A stretch of DNA of 64,000 nucleotides from Blastocladiella emersonii ATCC 22665 (lineage: Eukaryota > Fungi > Blastocladiomycota), in NCBI GenBank assembly GCA_025594325.1, contig JANHCV010000007.1, forward strand, positions 1,302,001-1,366,000, given 5' to 3'. Every line of letters begins with the position of its first letter. Position 1 is the stretch's first letter. A program made the translations under genes and the position numbers. This document shows, in pieces, positions 45,146 to 58,700 of this stretch. Below the pieces are notes generated by a model. The model worked only from the letters and a program-made list of their open reading frames with translations, ran no database searches and was not told the origin of the DNA.

Positions 45146-47185
45146 TCAAGTCTCAACAACGCTCTGCGGCTCGCCCGCCACCGTCACCGGCTCCTTGCGC
45201 GGCGTCGCGGGGACCGAGGCAGACGCAGGAGCGGTCGGCGTCGTTGGACTCGCCGCCCGCTGCGTCAGCAGGTCGTTGCTCGAGCGCGACGGACGCAGCT
45301 TGGCCGCCTTCTGCCGCCCGAGCATGGTGCGGCTCGCCGGGACCGCCGTCGCCTTGGCTCGCGCGTCGCCCTCGTCCTCCTCGCCCTCATCCTCCTCGAC
45401 CGTTGCCGCGAGGTCCTGGCTCCCGGCCGCCGATCCGCCCACCGGCCCGCTGCCCGTCACGTTGCTGCTCCTCGCCGAGCTGCTGAGCCGGACCGGCTGC
45501 GGCTTGGCCGTCGAAGCGCGCCACGTCGATGCAGGGCTCGCATTCGCTGCCCCTGTTACCGCCGCGGTCCCACCCTTGCGACTCAGTTCGCGCGTGACGC
45601 CCGTCGCGCCGCCGCCGCCGCCGCGTTTCCCGCCGGGCGAGATGGCGAACGTCGTCCGCGATACCGTCGGCACGATGCGCTGCGACCGGCCGCCGGTCCC
45701 GCGCCACCGCGAGATGGTGGGCACCGTGACCTCGTCGGTCCCGTAGTACCCCGCGGGCACCGGGAACATGCCGGGGTACTCGAACACGGACCCGGCGGCC
45801 GCGGGCGAGTGCGGCGCGGCGCCCGCCGACGCGTGTCGCGCGAGTTCGCGGACGAGCTCGCGCTCGAGCCGCTGCGTCATGGTCCGGGCGCGCTCCAGGT
45901 ACTCGAGCGGGGGTTCGGGGTTGGCGGGTGGCGAGAGACCTACGAGCTCGCGGAGGTTAGTACGGTGTCGACTCGGGCCGAGATGTGGAACGGCGTACGA
46001 AGCGTGCGGGCGTGGTGACGAAGACACCGGCGCAGCTGGTCCGTCTCCTCGAGCGGGTTGTTGGCAACGGTGATGCCCGACATTGGGTGCATCTTGAGCA
46101 GGTTGTCGATGCTGCGGAGCTTGTTGTTGGACAGCCCGAGCCACTGCAGGTTCGTCATCTCCACGATCTCGGGCGGGATCGTGTCAATGGCGTTCTCGGA
46201 CAGCGCGAGCGTCGTGAGCCTACCGCGAGTTCATCGTCAGCATGCGTAGTCGACGCATCCCCCGTAATCGAGCGTACTCGGTTGCGACCAGCGCCGTCGG
46301 GAACCGCGCCAGCCGGTTCCGTACGAGGTGCAGGCTGCGCAGCGAGACCATGAGCGGCCAGTTGATGGCGTTGACCGCCTCGGTCGTCAGCAGGTTGCCC
46401 GACAGGTTGAGCGTCTCGAGCGTGCCGAGATCCGACAACTGCCCGTTCAGCTTGGCGATCCGGTTCATGCCGAGCGACAGCGTGCGCAGGTTCGGCAGCT
46501 GGCACAGCGCGTCCGGGATCGACGTCAGCTGGTTGTTGCTACACTGTAAGGGTTAGGGGGGTGCTCGTGGAGGGCGTGGCGGGAGCGGGCGGGTACCTCA
46601 GGATCAGCGTGGTGATGTTGCTCTCCATCGACCACTCGTCGACGGGGCACTCGGTCAGATTGCGGAACCGGTACGTGAGCGTCTACACACACGGGGACCG
46701 CTCACACTCAGCCTGCGCTCTCTCGTCTCGCATGCCCACGTCGCACGTACCAGTCCCAGCGGAATCTCCGGCTCGCCGTCCTCGCCGCGGTTCAGCGTCG
46801 ACGCGGCGGTATTTGTGGTGGCCGTCGTGTGGTTGGACGCGAGCGTGCCGCGGCGCATCGTCTTGGTGAGCGAGTCGAACATGCCCTCCATGTTGGTCGT
46901 GAAGTTGGACGTCATGCTGTGGAACGTGTTGTTGCTCGACGTCGTCAGGATGCTCACGTCGCTGTGCGACGACTTGCGGTCAATGGCCGCGGGCGGGTTT
47001 GTCGCGGTAGTCGTCGGAGACGCGGCATCGGCCTTGGCGGAAGCAGCGGCCGCGGCGGCGAAGAGCGAGCCGGACGACTTGCCGATGGTGCGGAACTTGG
47101 ACAGCATGCCCGTGCCCGCCGCCTCGCCGCCTGCGGCGGGTTTGGGCGGCGGTGCAGGTGCCTGGTTCACGTTGCTTGCGCTCAT
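45146..47185 (-). CDS. Leucine-rich-repeat protein with low-complexity N- and C-termini, about 4 introns
   Basis: LxxLxLxxNxL repeats (LRTLSLGMNRI, LETLNLSGNLL, LRSLHLVRNRL, LTTLALSENAI, LQWLGLSNNKL), joined by GTACGC/GT..AG introns. Confidence 0.8.
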
Positions 47186-47424
47186 GTTTGCATCTAGTCA
47201 CTGGTTTTCATGTCATTTCATGGGTGCATAAGAGGGGGAGGAAGGATCGCATTCGAGAGGCGCGTCCGTTCGCTCGGCCCGCCGTGTCTCGCGTGTCTCA
47301 CAGCGACGCGTTCCGGATCACCTGATATCGAAACGCGTCTCTCACATCTTTGCCTTGCCTCTCGTTTTTAGCTCCCGCACTCCAGATCTACCATTCGCGC
47401 TGACATGTAATACCCGGACCCTCA

Positions 47425-48705
47425 ATGATATCAACCACCGCATTCCCGCTCGCTCCATCGACCGCGCCGGCCGCGACCGCCGAGCCGCAATGGATCAGCA
47501 CGGCCGAGTCGTCGGCGTGGCTCACGGGCCCTGAGCTCGCGTCACCGCCAACCCGCAACGCAACGTCTGGCGGAAGCAACCCGAACCTGCCCAACCCGCG
47601 CCCATTGCCCGTGCGGCCCCCGCTCCCGTCGTCGCCTGTGTTGCCGCAGATCAACGGGACTCCGGCGACGTCGCGGTCGCTCGCCCCGACGTCAACGCCG
47701 CAGGGGATCATCCGGCTCAACACACACACGCTGTCGGGACGCACGCTCGCGGACTTCTTTGGCGCGGGCGACGACGATGGAACTCCGCCGCGGCTCCCGA
47801 CGACCCGGCCAGCGTCGCCGCCCGTGGGCCTCGCGGTGACGGTGCCCGGGACCGCTGCGCCGATCGCGGTCACGCACATCCTGACGCCGAGCAAACCCAC
47901 CAGCCGCCCAACCCCCTCCACGGGCACCTCCGCGCCATCGACCCTCGTGCAACCGCCGCGCGAGTGCCTGCAATGGCTGCGCTCGCTCAACCTGACGACG
48001 CCCGTGACGCCCGCGACGCTGGCGAACGGGTACCTGGTCGCGGAGATCTTCAGCCGGTACTTTCCCGCGGCGTCGGCGACGCGCGGGCTGCACTACCGGC
48101 GGCGGGCCGATGAGTCCGAGGACGTGGACGGGTTCTCGCTGTACCGGTTCCAGAACGGGTGCGGGACCGCGTGCAAGGCGCGCAACTGGGCGCAGCTGCG
48201 GCGGTTCCTCGAGCGGCGGCTCGCGCTCGACCTCGCGCCGTCGGTCGTCGCGCTCGTGAGTAGCGGGCACCGGCCGCTCGCGTGGGCGGTCGTCGCGGAG
48301 TGCTGGGAGGCCTTGACGGGCAAGGGGTACGGCGGTTCGCGGACCCAGCAAGATCGTGATGATTGACCTCGCCGAACGTGTAGCCCGCGCCGCCCCGTCG
48401 CGCCGCTCTCAACTTTTCCGGTCGCGGACCCGCACCACCTGCCGACGAACCTGTCCGACTCGAAGTCCGCGACGACGGCCGTGTTCGCGCACACGCTCCT
48501 CCCGTCGCCGACCCCGCAGTCGCGGTCGCGGTCCGGCAGGGGCAGCAAGACGTACGCGCTGCCGACGGCCGCCAGCACGCTGCACACGATCCCGCAGGCG
48601 CTGCTCGACCAGGCGCGTGACGCGGGCGCGCTGCACGGCGACGTCGCGCGGCTCGCCGACGCGTACACGCGGTCGGTCGCGCGGATCGTGCATGGGCGCA
48701 AGTGA
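47425..48705 (+). CDS. SPATA4: SPATA4/Spef1-like calponin-homology flagellar protein (intron 48327-48383)
   Basis: LQWLRSLNL...LANGYLVAEIFSRYFP...FQNG.G...KARNWAQLRRFL matches the SPATA4/Spef1 CH-like domain. The 57-nt intron joins to ORF 48481-48705 in frame. Confidence 0.7.
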
Positions 48706-48731
48706 GGAGGTAATATATATCGACCAGAAAA

Positions 48732-51191
48732 TCAGTTCCACGCCTTCCACGTCCCATCGCTCGCGGCGGTCGCGAGGTACTCGCCCTGGACGTGGTCGAA
48801 CGCGCACGCCTGGACCGCATCGCGGTGGCCCGGCAGATCACGGCGGGCGGACACTGAGTTGTCGCGCAAGTTCCACAACTTGACGGACCCGTCGTTACTC
48901 GCCGCCGCGACAACGTGGCCCGCGAGGTCGAGCGCGACCGAGTTGACGGGGTGCGGTCCGAGATCCAGCGACGCGAGCGGGGCGCCCGACGGTCCGCCTG
49001 CGGCGCGCGGATCCCACAGCTTGACGATCCCGTCGGCGTCGCACGTCGCGAACGTGTCGCCCGCGGGCGCAAAGGCGATGGCGTTGACCGCGTTGGTGTG
49101 CCCGAAACACGTCTGCACAGCGTGCCCCGCGCGCGCGTCCCACCCGCTCACGGACTTGTCGCCCGACGCCGTGTACAGCGTGTTGGTGTACGGCTGCCAC
49201 GCGACCGCGTTCACCGAGTCGGCGTGCCGGCGGAAGGTCTGGCGGCACTTCCCACTACACACGACGTGGGGTTAGCGGTCGACGGCTGCGATGAGGGGGT
49301 CAGAATGAGACGTACGTCGTGAGATCCCACACCTTGGCCGTGTGGTCCATGGACCCGGACGCGAGGAACGCGCCCGTGTCGTGGAACCGGCACGCCCAGA
49401 CCGCCTGCGTATGGTCGCGCAGCGTCAGCGACGCCTGCGCGCGGCCAAAGTCCCACACTTTCACGGTCATGTCGCCCGACGCCGTGGCCATATGTGCGCC
49501 CCTACGGTGGTCTGGTGTCAGAGAGGACAAGGTGGAGGGTTAAGAGTGACGGTACGTACTTGGGATGGAAGTCGACGTCCGCGATCCAGTCCGTGTGCCC
49601 GTCGCCCGTCATGAGCAGCTCACCCGTCGGCAGGTTCCACAGCTTCCACGCGTGGTCGTCCGAGACGGTCGCGAGCACGAGTTTGCGCGGGTGGAACGCG
49701 ATTCTACACGAAAGCCGTCAGTCCACCGACCTCCTCCGTCGAGCACCGAGGAAACATACGCGCTGATCGCCATGTCGTGGGCCTTGACCGTGAGCACCTC
49801 GCGGAGCCCCGCGACACGCACGGGCTGCATCGAGCGCGCGGTGCCGCTCTCGACGAGCGGGTTGGGCCGGTCCTCGGCCGGGAACTCGGCGCCACCTGCC
49901 CCGACCATGCCGTTGGCGGACGCGGTGCTCGAGGCCGCGGGGAGACGCGTCTTGGACGCCGGGACGCGTTTCTTGGCGGGTGCCGTCGCGGTGGGCGGGG
50001 ACGGCGCGTCGGTGCGGCGTGCGCCGGGCGACGGGGCCCTGGTCCGCGGAGGCGGAGCGGACGGCTCGGACGAGGCGCGCGCCAGGGACCGCGGTGGCGG
50101 GGATGCCGTCTCAGGAGCGGTGGTGCCGACGGCGGGCCCCGCGGCGCGCGCGCCGCGCAGCTCGGTCGCCATCTGGTGCACGCGGGCGGCGAGCTTATCG
50201 CGCTCGAGCTTTAGGACGGCGCGGTCCTTGAGCGCGGCGTCGAGCTTGGCGGACGCAGCCTGGAGCCCCGCGTTCGCCTCGTCCGCGCACTTGGCGTGCC
50301 GCCGCGCGTCGGCGACGAGCCGGTTCTTCTCCTGCGAGGTGCGCGTGTAGTGGAGCTTGAAGAAGTCGCGCTCTTTTTTCGCGCGGTCGAGGTGGTCGCG
50401 CAGGCGGTCGGCGAGCGTGCGCATCGCGGCTAGGTCGCGCCGCAGCACGCGGATCGTGTCCTCGAGCTTGGCCGTGTGCGCGTACGCGTCGGGGATGGGG
50501 AGTGCGTCCTCGGGCGCCAGCCGGCCCGCGTGCAGCTGCTCATACCACTCGGTCTCGAACGACTCGAGCGTCAGGTGCATCCCCTTGGACGCGAGGTAGT
50601 TGCGCACGAAGTCGTCGACGACCTCGGGGCGGTGGGTCAGTGTCGGCTGGAGTTGTGGTGCGGCGGACGCGGCGTCGGGTGAGGATGAGGGGTCGGAGGG
50701 TCGTTCGGCAAACTCTACGAGTCGAGCGCAGGTGAGCGGAGTCGACGGGTCCGGAGTGTGAGCGAGGGCGTACTAGCAACGAGACTGCGCTGCTGGATCC
50801 GGCGCACGGCCTCGTCGAGGTCCTCGTTATCGACGCCCACGTCAGCATCCCCGTCCGGGTCGTCGGTGCCGAGCGCGAGCCACGGGTCGTTGAGGGCGAG
50901 GTTACCGAGACTCAGCTTGGCGAGATCGAAATCGTCGTCGTCGTCATCCTCATCGAGGCGCCGTTCCGTCACGTCAGCCGCGTCCAGCGTCGGCGCGTGC
51001 GGGTGGTGGAGTCCAGCAGCGAGCGCCGTGGCCGCGGACACGGAGGCACGGCGGGTAGTGCCGGGTGGCGCAGCCGTGGCGGGGTCAGCGGATGCAGGGG
51101 TGCCGACCGAGACGTGCGATCCGGCGGCGGCGGACGCGGTTGGAATCGGGAGGCCCGAGGCCGAGGCCACGGCCGGCAGCGTCGAGGCCAT
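48732..51191 (-). CDS. SPAG16: Sperm-associated antigen 16 / PF20 axonemal central-apparatus WD40 protein, about 4 introns
   Basis: RPEVVDDFVRNYLASKGMHLTLESFETEWYE, coiled coil (AKKERDFFKLHYTRTSQEKNRL), then seven WD repeats ending in WKAWN. Confidence 0.88.
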
Positions 51192-52710
51192 GGTCCGATT
51201 GATCGGCGGCTGAGCGCGGTGACTGGTCGAGTTGGACGGGCTAGAATTGGTTCATGGGGCGGCGGTGCGCCGATTGGAGTGCGGCGAGTGTCGACGCGCG
51301 CCGAGTTGCATTAGCCAATGGCGTGCTTGCCGACTCGCGGAAGCGACCAACAGGGCGGCCAAGCCGAGACGCGGTCGGTCGGCGCGAGACGCGAGACGCG
51401 TTGCGCCGCGCCCCTGTGGCGGGCAGGTGACAGGGCGGCGGTCAGGTGACGAGCGCGAAATGAGGGCGGTTGATGTGCGCAGCGGGGCGGCAAGCAAGCG
51501 CGTTGCGCCGCACACGTTTCGAGCGATGCGCCAACTCTGACGCGCGCCTATTTTCGGCCGTGTGTTCGCGGGCCTCGGCCAGGGTCGGCGGCGACCACTT
51601 GCCCGAGTGATCGCCCGCGCATGAATGTACAAGTATTAAACGCCGCGGGCTTGTGCTTGGCCGCGAGGGATGCTGGTTGGTGAGCAGCGCGCGGTCGGCG
51701 CAAAACCGGTTTTCGGGCGGTTTTCGGCGGCGCGTGGTGTCCGCGTGGGGTCGGCGATCCGGATCTGGACGCGTGCCGCGCGTTTTCGGCGGGTCAGACC
51801 CCTCCCCCGCCTGCCCCGCCTGGCCCCGCTGGCCGCGCCTGCCCCGCCGGCCGTCCCCGCTCTCCCCCTCCCCCTCCCCTCTCTCCTCGGCTCGCTCGCA
51901 GCCCGCCAGCATCGGCCCTCCGACCACTGTTCTCCGACCGACCGGCGCGACCACCCGCCCCAGCGCCCGCCCCGCACCACGCCCTGCACTGGACCCGGAC
52001 ATCGGGTCCACCATCACCTCTCCACCACGACCACGTCAGAGACGACGCACCGCCGACCTGCCGCCAGCCCGCACCCGCTGCGACGGCGACCCGGCTACAC
52101 CCCTAGACTCTCGGCGCCCTGATCGTGCTGCTCCGAGACCCGCTGCTGCTCGTCGACCCGACTCGGCGCATCACGCTCATCAAGCCGCCGACCGGTTCGT
52201 GCTCGCTGTTCGCTATCCTACTCGACTGCCGCTGACAACCACACGATGCCGTAGCTCCACCCCGAGTGCGCCCGTGTACAGTAGCAGCAACCGCGCGCAG
52301 TGGACGTGCTGCTCGTCGACCTCTGCTCCCTGACGACGCTCAACGTACGTGCCCTCGACTCGATGTGCGGGGGTGGCGGCGATCACGACGAGAGTGCAGG
52401 GCCAGACGCAGGGCGGCGACAGCGGCATGCGGCTGCAGCGGGCTGCAGGGTTTGCTGCAAGGCGTGCATGACTTGCGACCACGCGCCGCGCCAAACGCTT
52501 CCGCTTCCGCCCCCGCTGCCCTCCTCTCGATCGCTGCCTCGTCCCTTTATTTTTGGTCGCTCGTCTGCTAACCTTCAGCGATTGTGACGCTCGATAGCAG
52601 CTCACCTTACTGTGTCGCTCCCCGACCAGCTCCTCGCGCTCGCGCACGCGCCAACCCGTTGCCTCGCTACGACGACTGCGCTCTGAGTGACTCTGCACTT
52701 TGGCCGGCCT

Positions 52711-52777
52711 GTACGTTCTCCACCTCGCTCGCCGATCGCCTCGAGCACCCCTCTGACTGACCATCGCGACTCTGTAG
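52711..52777 (+). other. Probable 5'-UTR intron immediately before the CSL start codon
   Basis: GTACGT donor, CTGAC branch site and TGTAG acceptor, followed 8 nt later by CCACCACC-ATG. Confidence 0.55.
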
Positions 52778-52785
52778 CCACCACC

Positions 52786-55700
52786 ATGTCGGGCGCCCCG
52801 CCAGCCTCCTCGGCCGCCTCAGCCGCCCCCGCTGTCGCCGCCGCCCCAGTGGCGCCGCCGCCGCTGTCGGGACCCAGCGCCTCGGGCTCGTCCCGTAAGC
52901 GCACGCGAACGCACGAGGGCATGCAGCTGCGCCTCGACGCGCACCCGCACGCGCACGGCGGCTCGGTCGCGGCCGCCTTTGCCCCGCACGTCGCCAACTC
53001 GTTCCGCAGCGTCGCCCTCGCCGACCCCGCCCTGCTCTCGCCCACCACCGTCATCCACCCGCTCGGCCCAGCCGGCGACGGCACGGGTCCCGCCCTCGGC
53101 CACCCGGACCACCTCGCCTCGGCCCTCCCCTCGCTCCTCTGCGACTCTCTGCACCTCGACTCGCCCATCTCCACCTTGTCCCCGCCCGTCGGCCTCAGGC
53201 CCGCCGACGCCGCGGCCCAGTTGCCGCTCGAGCAGACCCACCACCAGTGCGCCGAGCAGCACCACCTCGCCGCTGCTGCCGCTGCCGCTGCGGCCGCTGC
53301 GGCCGCCCAGATCAAGCCGGCCGACCGTGCCCGCATCCAGCAGCAGCACGATGATGCCGCCAGTCTCCTCAACCGCAGCGGGTCGCCGCAGACCGTCACC
53401 CCGCGCCGCACCCCGCCCAACGGGCCCGCCGAGGCCATGCCCTCGTCGCTCTCGCACTCGCTGCCCGCCGCCGCGCACCACCCGCTGCCCGTCAGGCTCT
53501 CCCAGGAGGACCTGACGCCGCCCGGATCCGCGCCGTCCTCGGACATGGCGGCTGCCGTCGCCGCGGCAACCGCCGCGGGGCTCTACTCGCCCACCTCGGC
53601 GCCCTCGCAGCCCAACCAGCAGCCCCAGCCGCAGCCGTGGTTCGATTTTCTCCTCGAGGAGAACATTTTGGATGCGGACGACACGGACCGGTCCGTCTCG
53701 GGCACCCCCGCCAGCGCGACGGGTGCGCGCCCGCGCTGGACCCGCCGCCCGTCCGAGGCTACCACCACGGTCCCGTACCCGGCCGTCACCTCGGCTGCGA
53801 CCTCGATGGCAGCGCTGGCCGCACACCAGCACCTCGCCCAGAACGACGCGCGCGCCGACGCGGCCGCGGCTGCCGCCCGGTCCGCCGCCACGATCATGGG
53901 CCCGCCCAAGGCCGCGCCCGCGTCGGCTGACCCGTACGCCGCCGCTGCCGCTGCCGCCGCCGCTGCAGGCCTCCCCGAGCACCTCGTCGAGCTCGCCGAG
54001 TACAAGTCGCCCAACCCGACGCTCAAGAAGAAGCCCCGGTCGCTCGCCGTCTCGCTCGACCTCGCTGGCGCCGTCCCGCCGCCGCCCGCCATGCACCGCG
54101 CCGCCACGCTGCCCGCCGAATTGCCCCTCGGCATGGTTGTCTCCGCCGGCGGGGCATCCGACGTCGCTGCGTACCGCGCCCACCACCACCACCATCACCA
54201 CGCGGGCTTCCTCGGCAACCCGGCCTCGTTCCTGACCCCCGAGGCGTCCCCGTTCCGCCAGGGCGGCGACGCCAACCCGTTCCTCTTCGACGTGTCGCTC
54301 ATCAACCCGTCGCCCGCCTCGTCGCCCTACGTGTTCCAGGCCCGCCGAGTCGACTCGGCCATGCTGCACATGGGCGTGACCACCGCGACCTCGGCGGCCG
54401 CTGCCCAAACGTACAACACGCCGCCGCACACGGTGATCCCCGGCGGGCAGTACCACCACCACCAGCAACAGCAGCAGCATGCGTACCAGCAGCAGCAGCA
54501 CGAGAATGGGAACGGCGGTAGTGCCGAGCCCATGGACCAGGACGCGCAGCAGCAGTCGCAGCACGCGCAGCAGCAGCACAATGGTGGCGGCGGTGCCGAC
54601 CAGGGCGGCTACGACGCCGAGCAGTACCAGCACCACCACCAACACCAGCAGCAGCAACAGCAGCAGCGCCGCTCGTCCGTGTACTCGAACGGTGGCGCCG
54701 AGCACGGCTACGCCCAGCAGCAGCAGCAGCAGCAGTACCAGCAGCAGTACGACAACCAGGCGCGCCAGTCGTCGCAGCAGACCGAGGAGTCGTTCGCTGC
54801 CGCGCTGTCCGAGTACCACAACCAGGTCGCTGCCGCTGCCGCCGCCGCTGCTGCCGCCGCGTCCGCCCACGCGGGCTCGGACTCGCACAACGCGCCGCGC
54901 ACCGCGTCGCCCGCGTCGTCGTCCGGCTCGTCGATGCACGTCATGAGCTCGGGCCCCGAGCCCACGGCCGCCACCACGCTCGCGTCGTCCTCGGGCGTCT
55001 CTCCTACGGGCTCGTTCGCGACCGAGCAGCAGCAGCAGCAGCAGCAGCAGCCGTTGCTCCTGTTTGGCGGCCGCTCGAACCTCCCGACCTCGTCGTCCGC
55101 GGCCGGCTCGTTCGCCGGCACCGCGTCGTCTCTGGTCCAGTCGCCCGCGTCATCGTCGTCCCTCCTCGCGGCGCAGCAGCAGCAGCACCACTACCACCAG
55201 CACCACCACGCTGCGCTGCACCACCACGCGGCCGCCATGGGCCTCGAGCCCATGTCCCCGAACACGGCGTCCGTCGTCGCCGCCGCGGACGCGCTCATGG
55301 GCCTTCTCCCTGCGTCCATGACCGTCGGGTACACGGACACCCTCGCGGGCGGCGTCGGCGGTCCGCTGCATCTCGGCGGGCCCGGCGCCGCGGGGTTTTT
55401 CGTGGATCTCACGGCCGACCTGCACGCCATGTACCAGCCTGCCCACGGGCACGCCGGGCACACGCACGCCGCCTCGGCGCTCCCGCTCCCGCCGCCCCCG
55501 CCCGCGGTCTCGGCGTCGGCCCTCCCGCCCCCGCCGCCTGCGCCCGCCGCGTCGCAGTCGTATTCGGGTGACGTCCACGATGGGCGCCGCGGGTCGGTCC
55601 ACCACCAGCACCACCCGCACCACCACGATGCCGGGTACTGGGCGCAGCAGTCGTCGTCAGGCCCCGCGACCAGCCAGTCGTACGCGGCCAACGACCACCA

Positions 55701-58700
55701 GTCCTCGGCCTCGGCCCTCGGTCTCGTCATGCGCCACGCCTCAGTCTCGCCGCAGAACCTGTCCCTGACCCCGCCGCTCGTCTACGCGCCCGGTAATCCC
55801 AACGGCGGCGGGTCGGTCGGCTCGCCCGTGCACGAGTTCTTTGACGCGGCGGCAGCCGCCGCGGCGCTGCATGAGCGCGCGCAGTTCGAGCACCACGCGC
55901 AGCACGCGCACCACCACCATCACCACCAGCAGCCGCACCCGCTGTCCCAGGTCTCGGACGCGCACGACCTCGCGTACACGGCCGACCGCGGGCTCATGGC
56001 GGCTGCAGCTGCTGCTGCGGCCGCGGCGGCCGCGGCGTCGGTTCCGGCTGCTGCGGCGAGTGGGACCCCGACGTCGTCGGCCTCATCGCTGAGCGAGCCG
56101 GCGGGCACGTCGCCCATGATCGAGGACGCGGCAACGTTCAGCAATGGTAACGGCAGCGCCACCACTAGTGCGCCGGCGCCCGCGCCTACCTCGACCTCGA
56201 CAGCGGTCACGGCCCCGCGGCGACAGCGGCGGCAGCAGCAGCAGCAGCAGCAACAGCCGCAGCCGGCCCCCGCGCCGCCCGTCCCGACGCTGTTCCGGTT
56301 CCCGAACCCGGCCTCGGCCCATACCCCCGCGGCGCCGGCCATCCTCACGGACGCGCAGCTGCAGCTCGTCCTCGACGCGATGCTCACGTCGTGCCACGCG
56401 CAGGGCCCGTGCCACCCGCTCGGGTGCTGGCACATGTACGTGCGCGGGTTCGCGGCGTCGCAGGGCGTGCTCCCGAAGGACGCCGAGACCGAGCCCGAGC
56501 GGTGGCTCGGCCGGTGGGGGATGACCAAGGTCTCGGTGTACACGCCCAAGGTCGCCCAGAAGTCGTACGGGTCCGAGAAGCGGTTCCTCTGCCCGCCGCC
56601 CATGATCTCGGTCGTCGGTAACCCGCTCCTCGCCGCCACCGCGCTCGCCAACCCGCTCGCCCTCCCGCCGTCGCCCGACCCGCGTGTGCCTGGGTGGGTC
56701 GCCGTCACGCCCGAGCACGGGCTGCCCGTTATCTCCATGGCGATGCAGGGCGAGACCACGCACAGTGACGGGGCCGCGATCACGGTTGCGCCGGCTGCAC
56801 CGGCTGCGGCTGCTTCGGCCGCGGGCGACGTCGACAGCGAGGACGGCACCGTCGCCGAGCGCGCCGTGTCCGCGGTCCGCGGAGAGCGGATCCATCTCAG
56901 CGAGAACGGCTGGCGCGCCGCTGGCACCCACGCCAGCTCGGCCAGCGCGTTCGGGTCCACCGACGCGGCCTCGTCGTCGACGTCGTCGCGCTCGCGCCGC
57001 GCACGCACCGTGTCCATGTCGTCGGCCTCGTCGGGCCGCAGCGTCTCCGCCAACCCCTCAGCCGCCGCTGCCGCTTCTGCTGCGGCGGGCGTCCCCGCAC
57101 TCGCGACCGACGAGCCCGAACCCACGCTGCACGTCGACAAGTTCTGCGCCGAGAACGCGTGCGGCGAGTTGCCCGCGGAGCGGTGGTCGTTCAAGAACAT
57201 GTGGGTCAGCGACTCGGAGCGCAAAAAGTCGTTCAACTGCTCGTTCCGCATCGCGCCCCCACCCGCGGCGACCGCGGATGCCGGCGAAGCCGCGGCCGCG
57301 GCTATCCCGCCCGTCCTCGCCGAGTTTTTGTCGAAGCCGATCCGCGTCATCTCGAAGCCCAGCAAGAAGAAGGTGACGACCGCCAACTCGACGCTCGTCC
57401 AGCCCGCGGCCGTCGCCGGCGCTATCCACTCGGGCACCACCATCTGCCTGTTCAACCGCATCCGGTCGCAGACGGTGTCGACCAAGTACCTCACGATCGG
57501 GTCGTCGATGCCCGTCCCCGCCTCGGTTCTCCCCGCCGACATGGCGCAGGCGTCCGAGTCGGGCAAGCCGCCGCGCGGCGGTGGGACCTCGTCGCTCGAC
57601 CAGGCGCGGATCGCCGCCAACGGCAACGTCGTCCGCCACGTGTTCCCCGGCGCGACCACTAGCGAGCAGGTCAAGTTCCTCTCGTCGACGGCCGCGTGGA
57701 CCAGTTTCTTGATCGAGGTCATTGACGAGTTCGAGCGCACCTCCGCGTACGTCGACCTGCCCCGGTACGACTGCCGGTGCGGGTCGTGCAACGCGTCGCG
57801 CCAGTACCACGAGGCCGTCACCGCGGCGCTCGCGGCCGAGGCGGCCGCGCAGAGCGCGGGGAATGCCGCGACCGCGCTCACCCGCCCGCACATGCCCCCG
57901 CCGTCGCAGTGCCCGTCGCGCGGACGCATCCTGTACTACAACCAGACGGTCGTGCTCGTCGACCCCGTCACGGGCCTCCGGTCGCGCCCGCTCACCATGC
58001 GCAAAATGGACCGCACCACCATGGCCGTCCTCGGCGAGGGCACGCTCGTCCCGCAGCCCGTCGCGTCGCAGCACCTCGACCCCGCGACCGCGGCGGCGGC
58101 AGTGGCCGCGTCTGCGGCAGCGACAGCCGCGGCTGTCGCGCGCGCCCGGTTCCCGCTCGGCGCCGCCGCCGCCAGCCAGCAGTTCACCCCCGGCCAGCGG
58201 CTCCGCCCGCTGCCCAACCACCCGTGGGTCCTCCACTGCAACACGCAGGCTGGGCTCCGCGCCGCGCAGGACCCGCAGGCGGCGTATGTCGCGAGCCAGA
58301 CCGCGTCGCTTATCCATGGAACTAGCAGCGTCGGGTCCCACCACCACCACCATCACCAGCAGCACGCTGCGCACCCGCACGCGCATGCCCACCCGCACCA
58401 CCTCCAGGCGGCGGCAGCAGCGGCGGCCGCGGTCCAGCACCTGCAGCAGCAGCAGCAGCAGCAGCAGCATGCGGCGGCCGCTGCGCTCGCGTCGTCGGCG
58501 CTCGCGTCGGCGGGGTACGGGTCGTCGCCCGCGAACGCACCGTCTGCGCCGCTGACGGGTTCGGCGGGTCAGCCGACGTCGTCGGCGGCACCCACCATGG
58601 CCAAGCAGGACGCCATGTCGCAGCTGCACAAGGTGGCGTTCCAGCTCGCCGACTCGGACGAGTACCCGGGCGCGTTCGTCGCGCTCATCGACAACCACGT

